Below, piece by piece: positions 27,141 to 37,212 of a stretch of DNA of 64,000 nt. A program made the position numbers and the translations under genes. The notes below the pieces were generated by a model. It searched no databases. It worked only from the letters and a program-made list of their open reading frames with translations, and had not been told where the DNA came from. Numbering within the stretch: the stretch's first letter is position 1; every line of letters begins with the position of its first letter. Source of the stretch: Thermodesulfobacteriota bacterium (GTDB lineage Bacteria; Desulfobacterota; Binatia; Bin18); the NCBI GenBank assembly GCA_964291405.2, contig OZ219926.1, forward strand, positions 4,128,001-4,192,000, written 5' to 3'.

Positions 27141-28240
27141 AGGGCAAGAGTCTGTTATGGGCAGTGTCAACGCTGAGTGCGCTGGTCCTCGTTTGTAGTC
27201 TACCCGGCCTGGTGTGGGCCAAATGGTATATCCTGACCGGCGCCCATCCGAACTCCGTGTATGTGATTGATGCGGAAACCGATACGGTCGTGAAGACCAT
27301 CCCGCTTGAGGGAAAAGGGCCCATCTTTACCGTGGCGCCGAATCCAGCCCGACCCCAGTTCGCCTATGCGGTCACCAACCTCAGCCAAAGCGTGGCCCTG
27401 GTTGACCTGGACGAGGGAAAAGAGGTCCTGCGCTTTAATCTCTCCAACGACAACGAACTGGTCAGGACCATGGCCATTGATGTCAACCCGCAGGGCAATC
27501 GCCTCTACATCCATGAAATGCCGTTGAAGAAAGACCTGGGCAAATACGAGATACTGGAGACCCGCATCCGAGTCATCGATCTGGACACCAATACGGTCGC
27601 CAATGTGTTCCCCGCCCCCCGTCAGGTGATGGCGCTGGCGTCGTCCCAAGACGGGAAAAAGCTGTACGCCTTTAGCGTGGGCAGAGATATCTCGGTGCTG
27701 AATCCAGAGACGGGTCAGGTCGAGGACGTTATCCCCATGGCGGACTGGAACGTGACCGGCGCCGGCAAGCTGGAGGGACTGCCCTTGTGGAACCCCTATC
27801 AGGAAAACGACTACCTGGCCTCGTTTGCCGTGTATATGACGGACACGATTACCCAGCATGCCACCGTTGGAGTAGCCACCCTTGACCTCAAGCAGGCCAA
27901 TCCGGAGCTGCAAGTGGTTGAGCTTCAGCCCTATGAGGCCGAATGGTGGACGGCCCACGGGGCGGTATCGGCCAAAACCCAGAAGGCCTATCTCGGCTGG
28001 GACAAGCTGTGGAAGATGGATATCGCGACGCGCCAGATGGAAGAAGTGAGGCAGTTCGACACCAACAGTGTCTTCGGCTCTTTTCTCCATCCCGATGGGA
28101 CCAAAGTCTACTGCGGTGGAAACTGGAGTGCGTTGTCCGTGTTTGACGCCGACACGCTCAAGCCTCTCAAGAAGATTGATCTGGGGCACTCCCAAGCCGG
28201 TGCGGGTATCCGGTTTGTCAACCGCGAGAATGGGTTCTAA
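27137..28240 (+). CDS. qhpB: QHNDH beta subunit, copy 2
   Basis: Clear paralog of 22307-23398 (WAKWY.L..HPN, SNDNELVRTMAIDVN, LGHSQ). Confidence 0.88.
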   Translation: MKGKSLLWAVSTLSALVLVCSLPGLVWAKWYILTGAHPNSVYVIDAETDTVVKTIPLEGKGPIFTVAPNPARPQFAYAVTNLSQSVALVDLDEGKEVLRFNLSNDNELVRTMAIDVNPQGNRLYIHEMPLKKDLGKYEILETRIRVIDLDTNTVANVFPAPRQVMALASSQDGKKLYAFSVGRDISVLNPETGQVEDVIPMADWNVTGAGKLEGLPLWNPYQENDYLASFAVYMTDTITQHATVGVATLDLKQANPELQVVELQPYEAEWWTAHGAVSAKTQKAYLGWDKLWKMDIATRQMEEVRQFDTNSVFGSFLHPDGTKVYCGGNWSALSVFDADTLKPLKKIDLGHSQAGAGIRFVNRENGF

Positions 28241-28282
28241 CCGGAACACGCCGCAGCCCCCTGGGTAGCGCGGTAGACGGGA

Positions 28283-29449
28283 GTGCTGATGCAATACGAT
28301 CTACTCCTCAAAGGCGGTCAGGTCATTGACCCCGGCTGGCCGCAGTACCACACACTCCAGCCCGCAGATGTGGCGATTCGGAACGGCAAGATAGCGGCCG
28401 TCGCCGCCGACATCCCCGCAGACCAAGCGGCCCGCGTGCGCGAGGTGTCCGGTCATATTGTCTGTCCTGGGTTGATCGACATTCACGCCCACACCTTTGT
28501 GAACGCCCACGATATGGGCGCCGAAACCGATCGGCGCTGTGCCGCGAGTGGGGTGACCACGCTGATTGACGCCGGCAGCGCCGGTTCAGCCACCTTCCCC
28601 GGACTGCGGCAGTATGTGGCCAATACGAGCGAAGTCCGGCTGCGCTGTTTCATTCATCTGTCAGCCCTGGGTCTGATTCACCTTCGGGTCGGAGAGCTGA
28701 TGCATATGGACTATGCCGACCCTGAGGGCTGTGCGCGCACGATTGCGGACAACCGCGACCTTGCCATAGGCGTCAAGCTGCGCTTCAGCAATAACGTCGT
28801 GCCGGACGCCGCCGGGACCGAACCGCTGCGTCTCGCCCGCCAGGCGGCCGATATGGCAGGCGTGCCATTGATGGTGCATATTACCGACGCGCTGCTGCCG
28901 GTCCCGCGGATTTTAGAATTCCTCAAGCCGGGCGATGTGGTGACCCACTGCTTCCACGGGTTTGCATACGGCATCATGGGACCGGAAAAGAAAGCCATTC
29001 TCAAAGAAGTCTGGGCGGCCCAGAAAGAGGGGATTATTTTTGACTGCGCGCACGGGCGCATGCACTTTCCGTTTCCGTTTGTCCGGCAGGCCCTGGACGC
29101 GGGATTTTTGCCCGACACGATCGCGACCGACCTGACGCTCCCCAGCGCGACCAGAGGGCCGGTCTTTGATCTGCCGACGACCATGTCCAAGCTCCTCAAC
29201 CTGGGCATGAGTCTGGAAGACGTGATCCGCTGCGTTACCACCAATCCCGCCCGCGTGATCGGGGAGGCTGAGCAAATTGGAACGCTCAGGCCCGGTGCCA
29301 CTGCCGATGTCGCCGTGCTCAGCCTTGAACAGGGAGAATTCGACTTTGTCGATACCGACCAGAACCATATGACCGGCGAGAAAAAGCTAGTCGCCCAGCT
29401 AACGGTCAAAGATGGACGGGTGTGGTATCAGGCCGACCGAGCGAGATAA
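28283..29449 (+). CDS. Amidohydrolase/deacetylase (dihydroorotase-like) family
   Basis: PGLIDIHAH, GVTT..DAGSAG, GVKLR, MVH, THCFHG, TD metal-binding motifs. Confidence 0.9.
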   Translation: MLMQYDLLLKGGQVIDPGWPQYHTLQPADVAIRNGKIAAVAADIPADQAARVREVSGHIVCPGLIDIHAHTFVNAHDMGAETDRRCAASGVTTLIDAGSAGSATFPGLRQYVANTSEVRLRCFIHLSALGLIHLRVGELMHMDYADPEGCARTIADNRDLAIGVKLRFSNNVVPDAAGTEPLRLARQAADMAGVPLMVHITDALLPVPRILEFLKPGDVVTHCFHGFAYGIMGPEKKAILKEVWAAQKEGIIFDCAHGRMHFPFPFVRQALDAGFLPDTIATDLTLPSATRGPVFDLPTTMSKLLNLGMSLEDVIRCVTTNPARVIGEAEQIGTLRPGATADVAVLSLEQGEFDFVDTDQNHMTGEKKLVAQLTVKDGRVWYQADRAR

Positions 29450-29658
29450 GGTGGTCTGGCGGGGGCCATCCAGGGTAAGCCTGCTGGCTGTCGTTATCGC
29501 TCTTCTGGCCATGCTGCACTGACTCCCCCTATCGTCCCTAATGAAGTTCGTTGACGGCCCCTCTCATACGCCTTTCGCTGGCACGACTGTGGCGGACATG
29601 GTAAGCAGACATCCACGCCAGCCCGTGTTTAAGCGGGCTGTACTGTAAGGAGGACCGC

Positions 29659-30120
29659 ATGGCCGGAAAGCATTTTGAAGAACTGAACGTTGGGGATGTC
29701 TTTCAGCATCAACCCGGACGCACGATTACCGAGACGGATAACCTGTTGTTCTCGACCATGACCCACAACCCCCAGCCGCTCCATCTGGATGAAGAGTTCT
29801 CCAAGAAAGCCGAGTTTGGCCAACGCCTGGTGAACAGTATCTACACCCTGGGGCTTGCGGTCGGCCTGTCTGTCGGCGATACCACCCTGGGAACGACGGT
29901 CGGTAATCTGGGCTTTGAAAAAGTCGTCTTCCCCAAGCCTGTTTTTATTGGGGATACCCTGTACGCCGAGTCCGAAGTTGTCGAGAAGCGAGAATCGCGT
30001 TCCCGTCCGCAGTGGGGGATCGTGACCTTCGAGCACCGGGCCAGGAACCAGCGGGGCGAGATTGTGATGAGCTGCCGCCGGGGTGCCATGATGCGCAAAA
30101 AAGAGGCCCAGATTTCATAG
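29659..30120 (+). CDS. MaoC-like (R)-specific hydratase
   Basis: [11 protein letters not shown]...T.N.QPLHLD, F..PVF.GDTL. Confidence 0.92.
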   Translation: MAGKHFEELNVGDVFQHQPGRTITETDNLLFSTMTHNPQPLHLDEEFSKKAEFGQRLVNSIYTLGLAVGLSVGDTTLGTTVGNLGFEKVVFPKPVFIGDTLYAESEVVEKRESRSRPQWGIVTFEHRARNQRGEIVMSCRRGAMMRKKEAQIS

Positions 30121-30136
30121 CGAGAGAGGGGAGAGT

Positions 30137-31039
30137 ATGACCCGCTTACGCCGTGCCGTCCATTTCGTGCCTGGGGCCAATGAAAAAATGCTCAATAAAT
30201 CGCTGGCGCTGGAAGCGGACACGCTCGTGCTGGACCTCGAAGACGCGGTCACCCCGGACAATAAGGACGCGGCTCGGGAGACGGTGACAGACTGGCTCAG
30301 GCATGTGGATTTTGGTCGTCAGGAACGCATGGTCCGCATGAACCCGCTGGATACTCCCTGGGGGGTGGCTGATCTGGAAGCGACGATGCAGGGGCGACCC
30401 GACTCCTACCTCGTCCCCAAGGTGCGAACCCGGGATGATGTGCTGAAGATTCATACGATTATCAGCCGCATGGAAAAGGCGTGCGGCTATCCGCCGGGTG
30501 AGGTCAAGCTGGTGGTATTAGCCACAGAGACGCCCGAGGGCTTACTGAATATCAAGGATTTTGGTTCCTGCCCGCGGGTCGATGCCCTGTCGTGGGGGGC
30601 CGAGGACTTGTCGGCCGCCATTGGCGCCAGGCGGAACCGGGCCGAGGACGGCAGCTTTCTCGAAGTGTTCCGTTATGCCCGGATTATGACCCTGCTGGCG
30701 GCAACGGCCGCAGGTGTCCAACCGCTGGATACGGTCTTCGTCGATATTCGAGATAGCGCAGGGCTCCGCCAGGAATGTATCGAAGGGGCGTGGATGGGCT
30801 TTACCGGAAAGATCACCATCCATCCCAACCAGGTAGACATCGTCAACGAGGTGTTCACCCCCTCGGCGGAAGAGGTCGCGGAAAGCCAGGAACTGTTGGC
30901 GGCTTTTGAAGAAAACCAAAAGGCCGGGAAAATGGCGTTCAGCTTCAAAGGCCAGATGGTCGATGTGCCGCATCTCACGCGGGCGCGGACCATTCTTGAA
31001 CGGGCCAGGCAGGCCGGGCTGGCAGAGGCCGGACGATGA
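30137..31039 (+). CDS. CitE/HpcH-family acyl-CoA C-C lyase
   Basis: FVPG, LDLEDAV, VRMN, ETP, GAEDL, GF.GK..IHP.Q, MVD.PH. Confidence 0.92.
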   Translation: MTRLRRAVHFVPGANEKMLNKSLALEADTLVLDLEDAVTPDNKDAARETVTDWLRHVDFGRQERMVRMNPLDTPWGVADLEATMQGRPDSYLVPKVRTRDDVLKIHTIISRMEKACGYPPGEVKLVVLATETPEGLLNIKDFGSCPRVDALSWGAEDLSAAIGARRNRAEDGSFLEVFRYARIMTLLAATAAGVQPLDTVFVDIRDSAGLRQECIEGAWMGFTGKITIHPNQVDIVNEVFTPSAEEVAESQELLAAFEENQKAGKMAFSFKGQMVDVPHLTRARTILERARQAGLAEAGR

Positions 31040-32436
31040 TCGGCATTACCGGCTGCGGCTATCATGTGCCCTTCTGTCGCCTGGAGCGGGCGCACTTCGC
31101 TCAGGCCTGGAATCGCCGGGTCGGCAAGGGCGAGCGGGCCGCAATCTATTTCGACGAAGACGCCCTGACCCTCGGATTTGAGGCGGCCCAGCGCTGTTTG
31201 GAATACACCGGCAATAAAAAAGTCGATGCCCTTTTCTTTGCCTCAACCTCCGCCCCGTTCTGGCAGCGCTCGGCCGCCAGCTTTCTGGCTGCGGCCTGCG
31301 ATCTCTCGGCAGCGTGCGAAACCTCGGACTTCGGGGGTAGTTTACGCTCAGCCACCGCGGCTCTGCGCGCCGGTGTTGATGCGCTCAACAGCCGCCGCCT
31401 GTCCACGCTCTTGATATCAGTCGGCGAGGTGCGCGACGGCCAGCCGGGAGAAACCGAAGAAGAGTGGTTCGGTGACGCCGGCAGTGCGCTCACCCTTGGG
31501 CGGGAGAATGTGCTGGCCGAAATTATGGGTCTGGCGACCCACTCCAGCGACTTTTGGGATGAGTGGCGACGCGACGGAGATGAGTTTATCCGGACCCAGG
31601 CGTCCCGCTTTTCAACCGAGCGAGGCTACCAGAAAAACCTCGTCGCGGTCAGCAAAGCGCTGCTTGAAAAGCATGGCGTGCCAGCCCAGCAGGTGGCCAA
31701 GGTGATCCTCCCCTCCCCGGATGGTCGGGCCCATAGCGCGACCGCCCGGCATCTCGGCTTTCAGGACGCGCAGCTTCTCGACCCGTGCTTTGGGGAGATT
31801 GGCGCACCCGGTAGCGCCGCTCCTTTTCTCTTGCTGGCAGCCGCCTTGGAAGGGGCCAATCCGGGGGACCTGCTGCTGCTGCTCAACTATGGTGACGGTG
31901 CGGACGGCGTCCTGCTGCGTGTGACCGAGGCCATTCGAAAGCGTCCGCTTCCGTCCTCGCTCTCTGACCATCTCAGCGAGAAACGGCTGTATTCCTCCTA
32001 CCAGATTTTTCAGAAAATGCGCTCCTACTATAAGCACCACCAGGAGGCGGCCGAGCTGTCCAACGTCTTCCTGGAAAAAGAAGAGAGCCAGAACATTCGT
32101 CTGCACGGCACGCTGTGTCTGCGCTGTGGAACGCGCCAATACCCCATCACCCCAGTCTGCGGCGGATGCCAGAACCGCGACTCCCTCCACGAAGTCCCGC
32201 TCGAACACACGGGTCAGATCTTTACCTTTACCCGCGACCATCTGTATGTGGCTCCCGACTCTCCGACCATTATGAGTGTGGTCGATGTCGACCAGGGCGG
32301 TCGTCTCTACCTCCAGATGACCGATGTCGACCCGGAAGATGTCCGGGTGGAGGACCCGGTTGTCCTGACCCTCAGACGCAGGAAAGAAGGACCCACGATG
32401 CACAACTACTACTGGAAATGCCGGCCGGTGCGCTAA
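31036..32436 (+). CDS. HMG-CoA-synthase-like fold fused to Zn-ribbon/OB-fold (DUF35)
   Basis: DED.LT, GDAG.A, YG.GAD; C-terminal CLRCG..P...CGGC, YYWK. Confidence 0.85.
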   Translation: MIGITGCGYHVPFCRLERAHFAQAWNRRVGKGERAAIYFDEDALTLGFEAAQRCLEYTGNKKVDALFFASTSAPFWQRSAASFLAAACDLSAACETSDFGGSLRSATAALRAGVDALNSRRLSTLLISVGEVRDGQPGETEEEWFGDAGSALTLGRENVLAEIMGLATHSSDFWDEWRRDGDEFIRTQASRFSTERGYQKNLVAVSKALLEKHGVPAQQVAKVILPSPDGRAHSATARHLGFQDAQLLDPCFGEIGAPGSAAPFLLLAAALEGANPGDLLLLLNYGDGADGVLLRVTEAIRKRPLPSSLSDHLSEKRLYSSYQIFQKMRSYYKHHQEAAELSNVFLEKEESQNIRLHGTLCLRCGTRQYPITPVCGGCQNRDSLHEVPLEHTGQIFTFTRDHLYVAPDSPTIMSVVDVDQGGRLYLQMTDVDPEDVRVEDPVVLTLRRRKEGPTMHNYYWKCRPVR

Positions 32437-32556
32437 TCCCGGCCTGGCGAAAGGCGACGCGCTCGGCTAGCATGGGGCGACAAAGAGTAAAGGTGTCCTC
32501 CAAACAAGTAGACAAAGCCGGATACGTTTACTCTTTCCGGAAGGAAGGAAACGCAG

Positions 32557-33723
32557 ATGGGGACATCACTGAAAGATCAAGTCGCGGTTATTGGTGTGGG
32601 CTGTATCAAGTTTGGCGATAATTTTGATCAGGGCTATGAAGATATGGCGGCCGAGGCGGCGTACGCGGCCTTTCATGACGCCCGCATTGCCCCGGAAGAG
32701 ATCGATGCCGCCTGGCTTGGCACCTACTCACCGGCCCAGGGACACGGCAAGGCCGCAGTTTCCCTGGGTGACGCGTTGCGTTTATACAACAAGCCGATTT
32801 CGCGGGTAGAAAATTTTTGCGCGACCGGGACCGACGCGTTTCGGCACGCCGTCCTCGCGGTCGCCTCCGGCATGTATGATACGGCCCTGGTCTTGGGGGT
32901 TGAAAAATATAAGGATCGCCCTGGGCGCGGCCTGGCCCGGGAGGGGGTGCATCCGTATTATCACGACGGCTCAACCGCTCCGGGCCTGTTTGCCCTGGCC
33001 GCCACCCGCTATATGCACGAGTTTGGCCTGACCCGTGAAACCCTGGCCAAAGTGGCCGTCAAGAACCACCGCAACGGCGCGCTCAACGCCAAGGCCCACC
33101 TGCAAAAGGAAGTCACCCCGGAAGCCGTCCTGACAGCACCGATTGTGGCCTATCCGTTTGGGCTGTACGACTGCTGTCCGACGACTGATGGCGCGGCTGC
33201 GGCCGTGGTGTGTCGAGCCGATCTGGCAAAGAAATATCGCGCCGATCATATCCTGGTCAAAGGGGTGGGTCTGTCCGTGACGAGCGGGCGACCGTTCATG
33301 GACCCCAATTTTGACTATCTCGGTTTTCGGGCCACCCAGAACGCCTCGGCGCAGGCCTATGCCATGGCCGGCATCACCGACCCGCTGAAGGAGATCGATG
33401 TCGCCGAGGTGCACGACTGCTTTACCTGGACGGAAATTTCCAACTATGAAGACCTGGGTTTTGTTCAAAAAGGCCAAGGGGCGAAGCTGATTGAAGAAGG
33501 CCGCACCGCCCTGGACGGCGATATCCCGGTCAACCCCAGCGGCGGACTCAAGTCGTTTGGCCATCCCATCGGCGCGAGTGGGGTGCGCATGGTGTATGAG
33601 ATTGTGACCCAACTCAGAGGGGAAGCCGGACCGCGTCAGGTCACAGACCCAAAGCTGGGTCTTGTGCATAATGTGGGTGGTCCCGGAGCCGTGTCGTGCG
33701 TGGCCGTGCTTGGCCAGCCCTGA
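32557..33723 (+). CDS. SCP2-type thiolase (acetyl-CoA acyltransferase)
   Basis: ENFCATG, DGAAA, EVHDCF, NPSGGL...GHPIGASG, HNVGG. Confidence 0.92.
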   Translation: MGTSLKDQVAVIGVGCIKFGDNFDQGYEDMAAEAAYAAFHDARIAPEEIDAAWLGTYSPAQGHGKAAVSLGDALRLYNKPISRVENFCATGTDAFRHAVLAVASGMYDTALVLGVEKYKDRPGRGLAREGVHPYYHDGSTAPGLFALAATRYMHEFGLTRETLAKVAVKNHRNGALNAKAHLQKEVTPEAVLTAPIVAYPFGLYDCCPTTDGAAAAVVCRADLAKKYRADHILVKGVGLSVTSGRPFMDPNFDYLGFRATQNASAQAYAMAGITDPLKEIDVAEVHDCFTWTEISNYEDLGFVQKGQGAKLIEEGRTALDGDIPVNPSGGLKSFGHPIGASGVRMVYEIVTQLRGEAGPRQVTDPKLGLVHNVGGPGAVSCVAVLGQP

Positions 33724-33755
33724 GGCCGCGACGAGAAACCAAGTGAGGAGAAAAC

Positions 33756-34463
33756 ATGTCACAGTCTTCCATTGTTGATGTCATTTGCGAGCGTGCCCTT
33801 GAGATTGCCCCCGAGGTGCCCTGGCTGGTTGAGCCGCTGACTCCGGGGCGGGGCCAGGCCTTTATCCTGCAACACATTCTGCGCAACCGGCTGTTCAGCG
33901 CGGTCATCCGGCCGGCCTGGATAAGCCGCTGTCCCGACCTGGCCATCGTCCGCAAGACCATCGGGCAGATGCGGGAGGAGTTGGTGTTTGATGACGAGAT
34001 CGCCCAGCCCCATACCACTCTGTTGTGGGAGATGGGTCGCAACGTCGGCCTGACCAACGAAGAAATGGACAATACCCGGGCCGTGCCGCTGGTCGATATT
34101 GCGCTGAACGTGTGGGAGCATATTGCCCGCTCAAAACACTGGGTTGCGGGCTGGCTGGCGACTTCGGTGGATGAGTTCATGCTGACGGCCATGTCGGGCG
34201 AGCATAATTATCGGCCCGAAGCCTGGCAGGCCACCTTTCAGCTCAACGACGAGCAGGTCTTCTTTTTCTCCTACCATACCAAGGCCGACGACGATCATGC
34301 CGGTCGCAAGGTCTGGGAGCCCATCGCCCGACATGTGACGACCGAGGCCGAGCGTCGGGAAGTCCTGGATGGCATGGAACTGGCGCTGACGGCCGATAAG
34401 CTGTTCTACCAGGGGATTTGCGAGCTGGGCGATCATATTGACGCCAGTAAAAACGCCGCTTAG
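33756..34463 (+). CDS. Heme-oxygenase-like di-metal oxidase (CADD/PqqC/TenA superfamily)
   Basis: EE..H, E, H-xxx-D-xx-H (HTKADDDHA) ligand pattern. Confidence 0.75.
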   Translation: MSQSSIVDVICERALEIAPEVPWLVEPLTPGRGQAFILQHILRNRLFSAVIRPAWISRCPDLAIVRKTIGQMREELVFDDEIAQPHTTLLWEMGRNVGLTNEEMDNTRAVPLVDIALNVWEHIARSKHWVAGWLATSVDEFMLTAMSGEHNYRPEAWQATFQLNDEQVFFFSYHTKADDDHAGRKVWEPIARHVTTEAERREVLDGMELALTADKLFYQGICELGDHIDASKNAA

Positions 34464-34489
34464 CTGGGCAGGATGCGTGCGCTGAGACT

Positions 34490-35266
34490 ATGCCGATACA
34501 CGACAATCTCAGACGGCTGGTTGAGCTTGCCGCCCCCTTGTGGGCCGGCGAAAAAGAAATCGTCTGGACCTATTTTCAGAGTCCACGGCGCACGAACGAG
34601 ACTGATCTGCTGTGGCTCAAACGGCAATGTTTCAAAGAGATCTGGGGCTCAGGTATCGGCGATAAGAAGAAGGGCCTCTTTCAGGGACCGGTTGCCTACC
34701 TGGACGACGTCTTTCCCAAGATCGACCGCGGGGTTGACCGTCATACGGTCCTGGACGTTATTGACGACCTGCGCTCCGAATTCTATCACTACTGCCTGTT
34801 TGCCGACATCTACGACTCTATCAGCGGCACCAGGCTGGACCCGCAGCAACTCACCGGCTGGGAGGCGGACGACACGCTCGCCCGGTTGCGCTACGAGTGC
34901 AAGGAGCAGCGGGGACAGCTGGGTCACTTTGCCTCGCGCTTTACCGAGGGCGGATATTGCAGCATGTTTGTGGCGGGTATGCGGCTGGCGGGTACGGGCG
35001 AGCTCAACGACCGCATCGCCAAAGCGTGTGAGCAGGTCTATAACGACGAGATCGGACATATGCATTTGGGCTTTGTCGGGCTGGCGCAACAGACCCTGTC
35101 TGCCGAGGAGTGGGACGAGGTCGCCGACATGGTCCGCACGATTCTGATCCAGCGGCTCCACATGCGTAACGAACAATTCGGCTATCCGCTCCCAGATACT
35201 CGCCTGAAGGCCATTCAGGCCGGCGATATCGAGCCTATGCCGTTCGACTACGCCGGTCTTGAGTAG
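34490..35266 (+). CDS. Ferritin-like di-iron domain protein
   Basis: KE...EFYH...EGG...DEIGH four-helix ligand pattern. Confidence 0.65.
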   Translation: MPIHDNLRRLVELAAPLWAGEKEIVWTYFQSPRRTNETDLLWLKRQCFKEIWGSGIGDKKKGLFQGPVAYLDDVFPKIDRGVDRHTVLDVIDDLRSEFYHYCLFADIYDSISGTRLDPQQLTGWEADDTLARLRYECKEQRGQLGHFASRFTEGGYCSMFVAGMRLAGTGELNDRIAKACEQVYNDEIGHMHLGFVGLAQQTLSAEEWDEVADMVRTILIQRLHMRNEQFGYPLPDTRLKAIQAGDIEPMPFDYAGLE

Positions 35267-35307
35267 GGGACCGGCCCGCACCGGCTTGTACTGCGTATCC
35301 AAGAGCC

Positions 35308-35556
35308 ATGCAGAAACCCTCACACGCGTCCCTCAGAGAACCGGCCCGCGCCTGGATATGGGCCACCTTTGTTGTGCTGCTGTTTATCTGTGTGCCGTAT
35401 GGGTTTGTCGGCACCTATCAGCCGCTCGTCTTTGGCCTGCCGCTGTGGTTCCTGCTGACGCTGTTGGGCTCCTTCCTCCTGGGCGGATTCACCATGTATG
35501 TGGCGGTCCGGCACTGGCGCTTGGCGGCTTTCATCCTTGACGAGGAAACGGACTAA
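35308..35556 (+). CDS. Small 2-TM symporter accessory protein (DUF3311/DUF997-like)
   Basis: P.VFGLPLWF motif directly upstream of a Na+/solute symporter. Confidence 0.75.
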   Translation: MQKPSHASLREPARAWIWATFVVLLFICVPYGFVGTYQPLVFGLPLWFLLTLLGSFLLGGFTMYVAVRHWRLAAFILDEETD

Positions 35557-35615
35557 AGAGTAAACGTGTCCAGCATCTCATATATTGGAGGGCTTGTTTC
35601 CTCTTTTGAGTCAGC

Positions 35616-37193
35616 ATGAGCGGTCCAGCTGAGACGGTCGGCCTGGGCTTTGGCGCCCTGGTTCTCCTGTCCGTATATCTGCTGAGTAATCTGTTGATCG
35701 GGTTTTTTGCCTACCGGTCGGGCGAGACCTGGGCGGCCCGCGACTATTTTCTGGGTGGAAAAACAACCGGCGCGCTGGTGCTGTTCTTCGCCATGCTGGC
35801 GACCAAATTCAGCGGCAACACCTTTTTCGGTCTGCCCGGGCAAGCCTACCGGATCGGCTTGATGTCGGTCCTGCTGGTGCCGTTTATGGTTGTGATTGCG
35901 GTAGGCTTTCTCTCCTACGCGCCACGTCTCTACGTCTTATCAAAGAAATATGACTACCTGACACCGGCCGATTTCTACGCCGACCGCTTTCAGAGCCGAC
36001 CTTTGCGACTCATCGTCGCCTGTTTCCTGATCCTGTCGGTGATTCCCTACCTGATGATCCAGGCCACGGGCATGGGTCATGCTTTCGTCGGATTCACTGG
36101 CGGCCAGTATTCGTTCACCAGCGGGGTCGTGTATATCTCCGCCGTCATGCTGGCCTATGTGCTGCTGAGTGGCTGGCGTGGCGTTGTCTGGGCCGAGGTG
36201 TTGCAGGGCAGTCTGCTCTTGGGCTCAATTGTGATTGCCGCGGTGGTGCTGGTCGCGTCCGAAGGCGGGCTGGCCAACGTCATTCAGCAGGCGGTTCGGG
36301 TTGCGCCTGAAAAAGTGGAGGTCGCGGGCTCGTATAGCACCCTGACACGTTCGTATTTGTTGTACGCGGTGGTTTTTGCACTGGGGGGCTGCATGTATCC
36401 CCAGATCATCCAGAGCGTGTATGCCGCCAAGACCGAGGCTGATTTACGGCGCAGCGTCGTCATGATGATCCCCAACTACATCCTCATCATGCTCTGCGTT
36501 GTGTTGATCGGGCTGGTCGGGGTGGTGCGATTCCACGAGCTGGGAACCATACAGGCCGACCAGATTCTGGGTCTGTTGCTCGGCCAGCAGGCCCAGAATC
36601 TGTACTGGGTCGTCGTTCTGGTCTTTATCGGCGCGGCGGCGGCTATCATGTCTACCGCGGCGGGTGTCTTGCTCACCCTCTCGTCTATCGTGACCCACGA
36701 TCTCTACCGGCATTGCTTTCGTCTCAACGCGAGTGAGGATGAAATTGCCCGAGCAGGACGGATTTTCACCGTGCTGCTCCTCTTGCTTGTCATGGGGCTC
36801 TCGCTCCAGCCCATGACCACCTTGTGGCAGCTCACGATTATCAAGTTTGAATTTCTGATGCAGCTCTATCTGCCCCTGATCTTGGGCTTGTACTGGCCGC
36901 GGTTTACGCGCCGGGCGGCCTTTGCCGGGATTGGTGTTGGGACCCTGAGCGTGACCGCTATGCTGCTGGCTGGCTGGAAGCAGGTCTTGATCTTTGACGC
37001 CGGTCTGGTCGGCTTTCTGCTCAATGCGGCGGCGTGCGTCGGTGTTACCCTGCTGGCGCCGCCCGATGCGGACGAACAGGGTCGGGTACGGGAACGGTTC
37101 TTTTCCCTTTTTGACAGGCCGCGCGCGATCCAAGAAAATCAACAAAGCGGCCATGTCTCTCCATCACCTGAGTCAATGACACTGGACGCATAA
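35616..37193 (+). CDS. Sodium:solute symporter
   Basis: DYFLGG, AT..S..TF.G.PG, T..D....RF, AAIMST, many TM helices. Confidence 0.93.
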   Translation: MSGPAETVGLGFGALVLLSVYLLSNLLIGFFAYRSGETWAARDYFLGGKTTGALVLFFAMLATKFSGNTFFGLPGQAYRIGLMSVLLVPFMVVIAVGFLSYAPRLYVLSKKYDYLTPADFYADRFQSRPLRLIVACFLILSVIPYLMIQATGMGHAFVGFTGGQYSFTSGVVYISAVMLAYVLLSGWRGVVWAEVLQGSLLLGSIVIAAVVLVASEGGLANVIQQAVRVAPEKVEVAGSYSTLTRSYLLYAVVFALGGCMYPQIIQSVYAAKTEADLRRSVVMMIPNYILIMLCVVLIGLVGVVRFHELGTIQADQILGLLLGQQAQNLYWVVVLVFIGAAAAIMSTAAGVLLTLSSIVTHDLYRHCFRLNASEDEIARAGRIFTVLLLLLVMGLSLQPMTTLWQLTIIKFEFLMQLYLPLILGLYWPRFTRRAAFAGIGVGTLSVTAMLLAGWKQVLIFDAGLVGFLLNAAACVGVTLLAPPDADEQGRVRERFFSLFDRPRAIQENQQSGHVSPSPESMTLDA

Positions 37194-37212
37194 AGCGAAC
37201 ACACTGCGAACC

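Noticed and set aside
29579-29594. Sigma54 promoter TGGCAC-N5-TGGC
   Set aside because: Mismatch in the -12 element and no activator evidence
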